The translations under genes were made by a program, and so were the position numbers. The notes beneath the pieces were generated by a model. It had not been told where the DNA came from. It did no database searches and saw nothing but the letters and a program-made list of their open reading frames with translations. Of a stretch of 64,000 nt of DNA, positions 8,862 through 18,835 are shown piece by piece (within the stretch, counting starts at the first letter, position 1; each line of letters opens with the position of its first letter). The stretch is from an uncultured Planctomycetota bacterium. Its GTDB lineage: Bacteria > Planctomycetota > Planctomycetia > Isosphaerales > Isosphaeraceae. Location of the stretch: positions 2,560,001 to 2,624,000 of the forward strand of contig CAWGMQ010000010.1 of NCBI GenBank assembly GCA_963823665.1, written 5' to 3'.

Positions 8862-9373
8862 CCCAGGCGACGCGACGGCAGAAGTCACGTGAGCTTGATG
8901 AGGAACACGAGCAGATCCTCAAGAATGCGCAGATTTACTTGCTGTTCGAGGCGAAGCGCCCGATGTTCTGGAACGTCGCCGATATCCGAGAGGGGAAGGG
9001 CGAGGGTGGCTCACGCCGCTGGATCATTGCCGTGCATCTCCGTGCTCCGTCTGGGCATGAGGGATATCTGGGCGACCTCCTGTACGACGGTGAGCGGTTC
9101 ACGGAGTTGACGGACGTCGAATTGATGCGGCGGCGAGTGCAGCGGATCACGGCTGACTCCGGAAGTCCGTTGCCGATCGCATGAGTACCGGACTTCCGCA
9201 CTACCGCCAGGAGAAGAAGAATACCTGCGCCCTGGCGTGCCTGCGGATGGTCCTTGCTTCCTTCGGCACGGACGTCGAGGAGGGCACGCTCGAGGCGCGG
9301 GCGCACATGGAGATCGACGGTACAGAGATCGGCGAACTTGAGCGTCTTGCGCGACAGTTCGGGGTCGTCGCAG
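8862..9373 (+). pseudogene. Diverged duplicate of 3431-3942 (hypothetical gene lacking its 5' end plus C39 peptidase lacking its 3' end)
   Basis: 512 bp, offset 5431, about 8 substitutions by eye; ends exactly at an element end. Confidence 0.88.
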
Positions 9374-9704
9374 GATGTAAGACACCCACCTTTTGCCAAG
9401 CAACGGGTACTTGCCGTCGGCGCGTTTGAAATGACCAGAGGCCGTGGTTTTGCGCTGAACGTGCGAGGGGGAATGAATGGGTGCGGAGAACCATGACAGA
9501 AGCATGGGTGTCTGGAATCTGGGTGTCTGGGTGTCTGGGTGTCTGGAATCCTGTGGAATCCTGTGGAATCCTGGGTGTCTGGTATCCCCTGAACATGCGA
9601 GGGGAAATGAATGGGTGCGGAGAACCATGACAGAAGCATGGGTGTCTGGAATCTGTGTGGAATCCTGTGGAATCCTGGGTGTCTGGTATCCCTCTGGTAT
9701 CCCT
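9373..9704. mobile_element. ~150-bp GGGTGTCT element, copy 2, with an expanded array of end repeats
   Basis: GGATGTAAGACACCCACCTTTTGCC at left; GGTGTCT at 9507, 9522, 9530, 9538, 9574, 9641 and 9678; TGTGGAATCC tandems; ~65-bp internal segment duplicated. Confidence 0.8.
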
Positions 9705-10124
9705 GACCAACAGTGAATCACCCAGGATCATCCGGTTCGACCAGTGCTGGTCGTGGTGGTAGAAGTCGATCTTCTTGTCGAAATCGTCGATGCCGTTGAA
9801 ATCGGCGAAGAGGGTCAGTTGCTCTTCGGGCTTGCCTTTTTTTCGCTGGGCGAGCAGGTCATCGATGATCGCCTGGGGGTGGATCTTTTCCTGGATGTAG
9901 ACTGGCACGATTGGAACTGCCAGGTCTTGGCGGTCTTGGTCGTCTTTGCCTTTCCAGACGAGTTGGGGGTCGAGCGAGGGATCGCGGGGGTAGAGCATCG
10001 TCCTGGGGGCTGCTTCATCGTCGGCGATGAAGTCGCGCAACTCTTCGGTGGGGATGTTTTTCCGCTTGTCTTTGTGGCGAGTGAATTCGACTTTGGTTTC
10101 GGGCGGCGGCTTCTTTTTGGCCAT
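9705..10124 (-). pseudogene. mod: Type III R-M methyltransferase (Mod) N-terminal fragment
   Basis: RKNIPTEE, RDPSLDPQLVWKGKD, YIQEKIHP, WSNRMILGDSLLV, then runs into the repeat array before any DPPY motif. Confidence 0.85.
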
Positions 10125-10474
10125 CAGGGGTGCGACTCCGGAGGCTGCGGGATCAAGGGTTCCAATTGTTCGAGCAGTTGATCTGCCTTGGTGGTGGCGA
10201 TATTCCACACAATATCGAGCTTAACGTTCTCGTAGCCATGAATGATTCGATTGCGCGTGCCGATGATGTCGCGCCACGGTATTTCAGAGTGAGCTTGACG
10301 AAACTCGGGTGATAGGCGGGTTGCCGCTTCACCGATCAGTGCGGTCGCATGAAGAACCGCATACTGCAAGACTTCGTCGCTCTGGAGCTCGTCAAATGTC
10401 CTGCCCGCGACGAATCGCCGCAGCTTGCGACAGGCAAGGACGATGTCGAGGATTGAACCCGGGTCACGATCCAT
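10124..10474 (-). CDS. HepT-like (DUF86) HEPN ribonuclease toxin
   Basis: IGEAA, IPWRDIIGTRNRIIHGY (R-x4-H-x-Y). Confidence 0.9.
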   Translation of the reverse strand: MDRDPGSILDIVLACRKLRRFVAGRTFDELQSDEVLQYAVLHATALIGEAATRLSPEFRQAHSEIPWRDIIGTRNRIIHGYENVKLDIVWNIATTKADQLLEQLEPLIPQPPESHP

Positions 10475-10796
10475 AGATCACCTGCGCTGTCTCGAGAATG
10501 TGGTTCCTTCGTATCCAATTCTCGCTCTGCAGGACGCTCTCCTTCGTAACGACGTCGACCTCGCGGCCGACCAAGGCGCTGAGGTCGTTTTCGAGTTGCT
10601 GTACTCTTGACATCCAGGGTCCGTAATCATCGTTTCGAAACACGACCATGAAGTCGACGTCGCTCTCAGGGCCGAAGTCGTCGCGCAGGAATGACCCGAA
10701 TACGAATAGCTGGACCACGTCAGACATGCGGCAGATTTCGGCTATTCGGTCCAGCGGCAATCGAATGCCGTTCCGCTCGATCGGTTGGGTGATCAT
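10464..10796 (-). CDS. MNT nucleotidyltransferase antitoxin
   Basis: VFGSFLRDDFGPESDVDFMV (GS-x10-DxD), GREVDVV. Confidence 0.9.
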   Translation of the reverse strand: MITQPIERNGIRLPLDRIAEICRMSDVVQLFVFGSFLRDDFGPESDVDFMVVFRNDDYGPWMSRVQQLENDLSALVGREVDVVTKESVLQSENWIRRNHILETAQVIYGS

Positions 10797-10827
10797 GGTG
10801 GTGTTTCCCTCGTTTCGTGAGGCAATT

Positions 10828-10849
10828 GTCAGGCTGAAGCCTGACCTAC
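10828..10849 (-). repeat. GTAG-type REP palindrome supplying the res stop codon
   Basis: Minus strand GTAG-GTCAGGCT-TC-AGCCTGAC encodes VGQASA*. Confidence 0.65.
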
Positions 10850-13800
10850 TTTTTCGGGCTTTCCGGCAGGGACCGAACGAATTTGTTCCAGGACTTCGTA
10901 TGGGTCGGTGACCTCCAGGAATCTCCAGCGGCCGAAGGCGCCGTGGTTGTTGACGGCCGGCACCCAGAGGGTGCGCGCCGTCATCACCTTGGCAGCTTTT
11001 TCCTTCTTCTTTTCGCCGGTCACTTCGATGATCAGGTTCAGCGGGTCGAGCAGGCCGCGGCCGTCGTCGAGCACGGCTACGAAGTCAGGGTGGTACTGAT
11101 GCTCCTCACCGTTGATTGTATAGGGGATCGTGAAGCCGAGGTTGTGGTTCTTCGACGTAGCGGATCACCTCGTCCATGTCTCTTCCAGGGTTTGGGCCAT
11201 CTTTTGCTCCCAGCTGTCGGTGTCGGCGACGACGTGGGAGACGTGGCACTTGTCGGCGCGAGTGGCGAAAACCGGGCCGGGTCGTGTCGAAATCGACGTA
11301 GCGGGTCGAGCCGATCGTGTCGTACGGACGGAGGATCGGCCGGAGCGATGGCGGTCCGTCCGGCGAACCTTTGGAGCCGCGCACGATCGCGCCGTAGATC
11401 CGGTCGGCGGCGTCGTGGGCAAACTCGACCAGGAGCAGGAGCTGCGGGAACGTGTGGTCCTTGCAGTGGACGTAACCTCTCGAGCCATCGCTTGGCAATC
11501 GCGAGCACCTGCGGGAACAACCAGGCCTGCACCTCGCTGTCGAATCGGTGGACGGCGGTCTTCTCTTTGCCGGATCTCGCCGTCCTGGCGGAAGTATTTC
11601 TCCAAGCGTGAGCTTGGCCAGCAGGAACGCGACCTCGCTCGGGCGGCGCTTCTTGAGATCGTCGAGCGAGTGGATGCTGCTTTCGCCCACGATCGGGGCG
11701 TTCTCGGTCTTGATCGGGATGTCGGCCGTCGTGAGCGTCAGCCGCGAGTCGTCGGTGAACTCGGGCGTTAGCTTCCTTGTGGGTAGCTCGTAGCGGTAGC
11801 CGAGCAGGCGCGGGAAGGTGATCTCGCAGGCGAGCCGGCTCTCGAGGGCGCGGACGCGGGTCGGCATCGGGCCGGGCTTGGGGTTGGCGATCGAGCCGGA
11901 GCAGGGGATGAACGAGAACGGCACGCCGTAGATCTCGGCGTATTCGGGCTCGAACCGCCCTTCCGCGTTGGCGGCGTAGCTCATTCGTCGCAGGGCGCGG
12001 CCGACGACCTGCTCGCAAAGAAGCTGGGTGCCGAAGGCACGCACGCCCAGGACGTGGGTGACGGTGTTGGCGTCCCAGCCTTCGGTGAGCATCGAGACGC
12101 TGACGACGCACTTGACGTGCTCGCCGAGCTTGCCGGGCTTGCCGACGGTGTTCATGACCTCGCGGAGCAGGTCTTCCTCGGTGAGCTGTCGGCGTCGCGG
12201 CCCGGGAAATCGGGCGCGGTACTCGGCCTTGAATTCCTCGATCTCGCGAGCGGCGATCTTCTTGAAGTCGGCGCTCATGCCCTCGCCGGATTCGAGCTGC
12301 TCGCTGTCGACCAGGATCGTGTTGGGGCGCGGGCTCCAGCGTCCGTCTTTCTCGTTGTTGAAGAGCGGCAACCGGCCGGGGACGACGATGGTTTCGGTGT
12401 CGGAAATCGACCTTTTCCCAGCCGGAGATGTAGTTGAAGACCAGCTTCGAAACGTTGGTGTTGTTGCAGACGACGATGAAGACTGGGGGTGTGATTCCCT
12501 TGGCCTGGGCGTCGGCGTTTTGCTCCCAGAGCTCGTGGTACTTCTTGTAGTTGCCGTACAGGCTCTGGATGGCCCCTTCGAGCTCGGCGGGAAGCTTTGG
12601 TTCTTCGTCGAGCTCTTCGGTCTTCCGGCCTTTCCTGGGAAGGTGCTCGCGGATGCGGAGCCAGAGGTCGCGGTAGGTGGGCTGGTCGCCCTGCATCGAG
12701 TCGTCGGAGACCGGGACGCGGGGGACTTTGACGATGCCGGATTCGATCGCGTCGATCAGGGAGAAGTCGGAGACGACCCAGGGGAAGAGCGTTCCCTCGG
12801 GGTAGCCTGAGCCGCGGAGGAAGAACGGGGTGGCCGAGAGGTCGAAGATCGCCCGGACGCCGATCTTGGCTTTGACGGCCTCGATGCCGGAGATCCAGAT
12901 TCGGGCTTCATTGTCGCGTTTCTCAGCCTCTTTGCGATCGTCGCCGATCAGCGTCTCGGCTGCTTCGGGGTCCTCCGGCTTGCGGCGGTAGCAGTGGTGG
13001 GCTTCGTCGTTGATGACGATGATGTTCTTCTTGGTGCCCAGCTCGCGGCAGACGCGGCGGACCATCTGATCGGGAGACTCGGTGAAGATGCCGGGCGTGC
13101 CCTCGGAGAGGATTCCCTTGGTGACCTTGCCGGCGCTGATCTTCTCGCGAAGCTGGAAGGCGTGAAAGTTGGTGATGACGATCCGGGCCTGGCCGAGCTT
13201 TTCAAGCTGATGGCCGGGTACGATGTCGCGCAGGCGGTAGTAGTTGTTGGGGTCGTTGGGGAGCAGGACGCGTAGGCGGTCGCGGATGGTGATGCCGGGG
13301 CTCACGATCAGGAACGTGTCGCCGAAGCGGGCGTCGTGGGGGTTAGCCAGTTTGTTGAGCGACTGCCAGGCGATCAGCATGGCCATGACGACGGTTTTGC
13401 CCGAGCCGGTGGCCATCTTGAAGGCGAAGCGCGGCAGGCCGGGATTTGACGTGTCGTTGCCTTTGCGGACGTCTTCTTCGATCGAGGCGTCGCCGAATTT
13501 CCGGGCGACCTCGTTGATGTAGATGATCGTTTCCAGCGCCTCGATCTGGCAGAAGAAGAGCTTTCGCTCACGTTCGGGGTCGGTCCAGTATTTCAGGAGC
13601 GCGGTCGTCGTGGGGGTGACGCCGATGTGGCCCCCTTCACGCCACATGCCGACTCGACGGCGGATGTGGTTGACGCTCTTGTTTTCTTCGATGCGGTCTT
13701 GGGTCCATTCGGTGTCGAAGACGAGCTGCTTACCCTTTTTCTTCGGGCGGGCGATGGGGATGAAGTAGGAGCTGCTGCGGCGACCGTCGACGATTTCGTT

Positions 13801-13890
13801 GGTGATTCCCTCGTCGGTGAATTTGAAGTGGCGCGCCGGCGCGGCGAAGGGGGAGTTCAGGATCGGGTTTTCAATCAGGGCGTCGGGCAT
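10829..13890 (-). CDS. res: Type III restriction endonuclease (Res, BPTD_3080-like), split by several frameshifts
   Basis: IENPILNSPF, FCQIEA, MATGSGKT, DEAHHCY, SATP, SMLTEGWD, EQVVGRALRR, IIEVTG..W..AVNN; frameshifts between ~11100 and ~12400. Confidence 0.9.
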
Positions 13891-14892
13891 CGGGCAAGCC
13901 TTGACGGTCATTCGATCGCAGCGGCGGGCTTCGCCGGCTCAGCGCGGCGTTTCTGCACCGTGGGCGCGATGAGCGGGATTTTATCATATGGGAGACCGGG
14001 ATTTCTATTCCTTTGTCCACTGCGGGTGGGAATTGCTCGGTTGTCGGTAGTCGGTGGACAGAGTCCGGTCGTGGCCCCATTGCCTTGAGACGCCTGCGAT
14101 TGGTTGGCGCGGGACATGGCCGGGGCGTGGCCGACAGGGGTGCCGGCGCCACGGCGCCTGCAAAAGTGCGCAAATACAGAGTCAATTTTCTTACTTATTC
14201 GATCTGATCGCTGGAACCCGGATTCTTTCTGGAAATTTCCCGGTCGACGGCGCGTCGAGTCTGCAAAGTCACCGCATACTGTAGAAAGTGAATAAAGGAT
14301 CCGAGCGTGCGACGAAACGCCTTGGCCAGAGGGGAGAACCGCGAGAGAAAGTGAGAGTGAGTTTTTCAAAATCAGTAACATCCAGCGACATTTCGTGACA
14401 TGAAGGAAGAGTTTTCGAAGTCACGCGCCGGTGCATGCCTTCGGAACGAGTTTCTTCCTTACTTAACCACAGCATGGGCGGCAGTTCTTCGCCATCGTTC
14501 CCAGCGTTGGTCACCTGCCTCCACACCGACACGCACAATCACGCCGCTTTCGGTGCTGGTCGCGAATTGAACCGAATCCCTTCGCGGAGCGAACGGCGAC
14601 ATTGGGCTGGCCGCGCCCAGACGCTGGGCTCTGCGGTTTGGCCAGCGCGAGAGCCCCCGTCCGCCGCCGGCGGCGGCACTTTTTCGCACAATTGGGGCTT
14701 TATGCCTCTGGCAGTTCCGATTATGCGGGCGGGCGGAAAAACTTTTTTTGAGATCCGGCAATTTCGGGCAAAAAAAGAAGCGGGTTTGTAGATCATCTCT
14801 GTAAAGGGCTTTGGGAAGTTTGGGGAAATTCTCGGGGTCGCGGGACTTCGGGCCAGGCTTCCAAGCTTATTTGAATAGGAATGTATACTGAT

Positions 14893-17043
14893 ATGGCCTC
14901 TGACGCACAAATCAATGCGAATCGGCGCAATGCGTTGCGTTCGACCGGGCCGACTTCGCCGCGCGGGCGTGCGCGCTCGGCCATGAATAGTCGGAAGCGC
15001 GCGATTCGCTCGGAGCAGGAGAAGCTCGGGCGGGACGAGGGCATTGCGTATGAATCGCGATTCTTTCGCTGGGCCGGGACTTATGCGCCTGAGACCGACC
15101 CCGAGGAGTTTCTGGTGCATTCGAACTTGTTCGTGGCAGGCGAGATGGACCGTGCGGAGCGCGCGTACTTCGAACAAGCTCAGAGCGCGATTGATCAGGC
15201 CGTGGACGTCGAGATCGAAGAGGCACACGACACGGGGAACTTGCTGTTCTCCGATCCGCGAGGAGTGCCGCTGGCGTTGTATGGCACGAGTCGCTTTAAC
15301 AACAGGAAACCGGCGGGACCGTCGTGGGGCAGCGAGACTGCGCCTGCGCTCGAGCCCGGGAAGCTCGTCGGGAAACTGGAATCGAGCGCGATCGGTTGCT
15401 TCTGGATGCTCGGGGTGCTGGAAGAACTGCTTGAGAACGCGCAGAAGCATTTCTGGGCCGCGGGAGATCGGCTGCGGATGATCCGGCTGCTGGGGCGGAA
15501 TCCTGTGGACGGCATCGCAGACCGGCGGGTCGCCGAGGTTTTCGCGGCAAGTCACGCGATTCGGCCGGTGGGCAAACCGTTTGATGATCTACAAAGCGAT
15601 ATGAGCGAACCGGTGCTCGAGGCCCATGTACAGGCCATCAAGGTGAAGTGGCGCGACCTATCGCGCAAAGATGAACCGGAGAAGGCCAGGCAGAGCCTGA
15701 TCGACATGGTGCAGACCGAGATCGAGCGGATCCGGGAGCTTGCCGCGGAGCACGAACAGAATGCCGGAGAGGATGCTGTACGGATACGGGCGCTCAAGGC
15801 GTTCGAGAATAGCCCGAAGGCTGTGGCGCTGCGCCGAGAGTATCTGAAATACAAGGGCTCGCTGGAGCGAGGACTCGTCGCGGTTCGGAGGGAGAAACGG
15901 GCGCGGAAGGCGGATGGCGATGCGGAGGCATTGCCGCCGGTGCCTGGGAAAGATATTAGCCCTTATGACGGGCGGCCGGCGTCTTGGTGGAGGGAGAGCG
16001 TGGGGAAGACAGGACGGAGGGCGGAGGGCGGAGGGGCGGGAGACCTGCGGTCGGGCGGAGGGCGGGGTCTGGAGACCCGCGCCCAACAGGGTGAGACCCG
16101 CGCTCAACACGCGGAAGGCGGGGCGGATTCGGGTGAGTGTGGGAGCGGGGGAGCGATCGCGGCTGGTTGTTCGGGCGCGGCAGTTGAAAGCGACCGTGAG
16201 GCTCGGGCGGGCGGCACACAGAGTGTGCCTGCTACTTCGAATTTGAAGGGCAGGGGGTGGGATTCGGTGGTGGTCGAGGAATCGGACATTGTCGCGTGTG
16301 CGGGGTATCTTCCGGAGAAGTACATCGGCGGCGGGGGCGAGGACGAGACGGCGGCTGCGCTCGGGGATGAGACGGCGGTCGCGATTGAGGACGAGGCTCC
16401 GGCTGCGCTTGGGGATGATGCGCCGAATCCTGGAACGGCGAGCTCTGAATCTGAGAAGGCTGGGGCCTGCGAGAGCCAACAGAAGGCGGAAGATGCGGTT
16501 GAAGTCACGCAGGATGAACTGGCGGAGGATAGTGGTCGGGCGTGCGACGAACAGGTGGGCGAGCATGTTGGGGAGGGCTCAGCTCCTGACAACTGCGAGC
16601 ACCCCGCCGCTGGCGCCGAAGGGGGCGGCACCGCCGGCAAAACGGCAGAAAAATGCGAAAACGAAGCCAATTTGTGTGGTGACGTGTGCATAGCACAACA
16701 TCAAGATATTATTGAAGTTCCGGCGAATTCTGGTGATGTTTCGGGAGTTGACGGTTGTCAAACGAACCCAATTTTTTTGGAAACGAAGCCAATTCCGGAG
16801 GGTGGGCCGGAAGTGGGCGGAGATGGGGGTTCGACAAAGCCCGAGGCACGGCCGCTGACGGAACGTGAGCGGCGGGACGCGTGGAGGGAAATCAGGCGGC
16901 GGGAGTGGATTCGGTCGCGTAGGGAGAAGGAGGCGCGGGAGCGGGAGCAGAGGGCGGCGTTGGATGCCCGGGCGAAGAACGCTGGGGGGACGTCGTCGAC
17001 ATTGGGGGATGCTGTGCCGCCGAACGATGTGCGGGGGCCGTGA
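14893..17043 (+). CDS. Hypothetical protein of the 'ANRRNA..STGP' family with a low-complexity C-terminal half
   Basis: MASDAQINANRRNALRSTGPTSPRGRARSAMN; AGGA RBS-like sequence; open for ~716 codons. Confidence 0.75.
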   Translation: MASDAQINANRRNALRSTGPTSPRGRARSAMNSRKRAIRSEQEKLGRDEGIAYESRFFRWAGTYAPETDPEEFLVHSNLFVAGEMDRAERAYFEQAQSAIDQAVDVEIEEAHDTGNLLFSDPRGVPLALYGTSRFNNRKPAGPSWGSETAPALEPGKLVGKLESSAIGCFWMLGVLEELLENAQKHFWAAGDRLRMIRLLGRNPVDGIADRRVAEVFAASHAIRPVGKPFDDLQSDMSEPVLEAHVQAIKVKWRDLSRKDEPEKARQSLIDMVQTEIERIRELAAEHEQNAGEDAVRIRALKAFENSPKAVALRREYLKYKGSLERGLVAVRREKRARKADGDAEALPPVPGKDISPYDGRPASWWRESVGKTGRRAEGGGAGDLRSGGGRGLETRAQQGETRAQHAEGGADSGECGSGGAIAAGCSGAAVESDREARAGGTQSVPATSNLKGRGWDSVVVEESDIVACAGYLPEKYIGGGGEDETAAALGDETAVAIEDEAPAALGDDAPNPGTASSESEKAGACESQQKAEDAVEVTQDELAEDSGRACDEQVGEHVGEGSAPDNCEHPAAGAEGGGTAGKTAEKCENEANLCGDVCIAQHQDIIEVPANSGDVSGVDGCQTNPIFLETKPIPEGGPEVGGDGGSTKPEARPLTERERRDAWREIRRREWIRSRREKEAREREQRAALDARAKNAGGTSSTLGDAVPPNDVRGP
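16039..16235. repeat. REP-like palindromes lying in frame inside the CDS
   Basis: GGAGACCTGCGGTC...GAGACCCGCGCCCAAC/GAGACCCGCGCTCAAC (16039-16110); minus-strand GTAG-CAGGCACAC-TCT-GTGTGCCG (16206-16235). Confidence 0.55.
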
Positions 17044-17110
17044 GCCAACGTGGATCCGGCACACCTTTCGACGCTCTTCAACACTCGGCGGCTGACGGCA
17101 TTTTTCACTG

Positions 17111-18139
17111 TTACTTGGGATTAACCACCTTCCCCAGATCATGCACGAGCGAGCTGATTATCATTGGCAAGTACACCCTGCGCGCCAGGTAATAGTCTGC
17201 TTCGATGCAGCGATCGGCGGCGATCAGCACGTCTTCGGGCTCGAGACGGTTCGCCAGCATCTCGGCCGCGTGCCGGTCGGCTGGATCAGGGCAGGGGGGG
17301 GCCAGCCCCGCGGTCTGCCAGAGTACGCTGCGGAAAAACCGTGCGAGCTCGCCGATCAAGAGGCTCGCGCGCCGGCGCTGCTGGATCGATTCCTTGCCCG
17401 CCTGCTTGATGTAAACCTGCATGCGCTGGCTGAGCTCGGGCGGCTGAAATCCGTGCCCCGCCGCGATCTCGTCGATCAAACTGCGCCGGAACTGCTCAAC
17501 CTCTTGATCCGCCAGGCCAATTGCCCGACTCACGCTTCCCTCCCCGAGTGCGGCCAGCCGCGCCGCGTCTGGCTGGTCGCGGGCAATCCCGCGTTCCAGC
17601 AGCAAGAGCGCGATCTCCGCCTCCGGCAACGCATCAAACCGCACCACGCTCGTGCGCGAGATGATCGTCTCTTTTTGAAGCTCGGCCGATGTGCCGATCA
17701 AGATCAGCACCGCCCCCGCGGGCGGCTCTTCGAGCGTCTTCAAGAACGCGTTGGCCGCCTCGTCGTTCAAGTCGTCGGCATCGTTCAGGATCGCCACCCT
17801 GTGCATGCCCCGCGCGGGCTTGAGCGAGAACTGATCGCACAGCTCGCGGATCACGCTGATCGGCAGCTCGTGCTTGTCGTCGGGCTTGCCGGCCTCATAA
17901 TAATCGGGATGCGTGCCCGCTTCGACCTGAACACAGCCGGCGCAAACACCGCACGGATCAAGCTCCACCTCCGGCCGCGTTTCGCACAGCAAGGTCTGGG
18001 CGAGCTTGCGTGCAAACGCAAGCTTGCCAATCCCTTCCGGGCCCGCGAAGAAAAGCGCATGCGGGAGTCGCCCTTCGCGCAGCGCGGTCCGCAGCGAATC
18101 GGCCACCCGGTCATGCCCTCGGAGGTTCTGCCACGCCAT
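17111..18139 (-). CDS. holB: DNA polymerase III delta' subunit
   Basis: LPHALFFAGPEGIGK, CGVCAGC, HPD, AANAFLKTLEEPP. Confidence 0.95.
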   Translation of the reverse strand: MAWQNLRGHDRVADSLRTALREGRLPHALFFAGPEGIGKLAFARKLAQTLLCETRPEVELDPCGVCAGCVQVEAGTHPDYYEAGKPDDKHELPISVIRELCDQFSLKPARGMHRVAILNDADDLNDEAANAFLKTLEEPPAGAVLILIGTSAELQKETIISRTSVVRFDALPEAEIALLLLERGIARDQPDAARLAALGEGSVSRAIGLADQEVEQFRRSLIDEIAAGHGFQPPELSQRMQVYIKQAGKESIQQRRRASLLIGELARFFRSVLWQTAGLAPPCPDPADRHAAEMLANRLEPEDVLIAADRCIEADYYLARRVYLPMIISSLVHDLGKVVNPK

Positions 18140-18834
18140 CACGAGCCTCGCAACCGGGAAAGCGCCTGTTCGACGGCGCGCTGAATCCGCTTGAAAACCG
18201 TGTCGGAATCCGCGGAGGCGTCAACCACGACGATCGGCGCCGTATATACGGGAGAGCACACATCCGCGTCGCCGGCCTGTTGCTCCTGGCTCTGCGCGGC
18301 GGCGAGATATCCCGCGCGCACCCGCTCGTGATAGAACAGCGGGCGATCCTCGATGCGATCGCGAGGCGCCCCGATCCTGGCCATTGCCTCGGCCGGCGCA
18401 ATGTCGAGCACGATCGTGAGGTCCGGGAGCAGCCCCGCCGTCGCCACCAGCCCGACCATCGCGATCTCTTCCTCGAGCAGGCCCCCGGCACTCCCCTGGT
18501 ACACGATATTGGAAAGGAGGTAGCGGTCCGAGATCACGACCTTGCCCATCGAGAGCGCCGGCTTGATCACGTCTTCGACGAGCTGCGCCCGGCTCGCCAT
18601 GTACAGAAGCATTTCGGCCCGCATCGAGAGCGGCACGGTCACCCGGTCTTGCAAGATGCTGCGCAGGCGGTCTCCCAGGGCAGTTCCGCCGGGGTCACGG
18701 CACGTGACAACGTCAAACCCGCGTTCCTTGAGCCACTCCGCGAGCCGCCGGGCCTGAGTGGTCTTGCCGCCGCCGTCCGGCCCGTCCAGGACCAGAAAAA
18801 GCCCAGGGTGCGCATGCGAGCGATCAATCCCCAT
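18139..18834 (-). CDS. tmk: Thymidylate kinase
   Basis: DGPDGGGKTTQ, RDPGGT, SDRY, YQG. Confidence 0.96.
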   Translation of the reverse strand: MGIDRSHAHPGLFLVLDGPDGGGKTTQARRLAEWLKERGFDVVTCRDPGGTALGDRLRSILQDRVTVPLSMRAEMLLYMASRAQLVEDVIKPALSMGKVVISDRYLLSNIVYQGSAGGLLEEEIAMVGLVATAGLLPDLTIVLDIAPAEAMARIGAPRDRIEDRPLFYHERVRAGYLAAAQSQEQQAGDADVCSPVYTAPIVVVDASADSDTVFKRIQRAVEQALSRLRGS

Positions 18835-18835
18835 T

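Noticed and set aside
3431..9373. The 512-bp duplicate pair as DGR template/variable repeats
   Set aside because: Substitutions are not adenine-specific and no reverse transcriptase is present; the differences also argue against a simple assembly duplication
9500..9704. GGGTGTCT/GGAATCC repeats as CRISPR or as a coding repeat (ORFs 8935-9639, 9011-9721)
   Set aside because: Spacing is irregular with no unique spacers; the ORFs are read-through of non-coding repeats and antisense sequence
3391..10800. Classical integron cassette array
   Set aside because: No IntI gene, no attC-like RYYYAAC...GTTRRRY hairpins recognised, and cassettes lie in both orientations
13911..14880. ncRNA or small genes in the res / STGP-gene intergenic region
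   Set aside because: No recognisable RNA family or convincing ORF by eye; a covariance-model search would be needed
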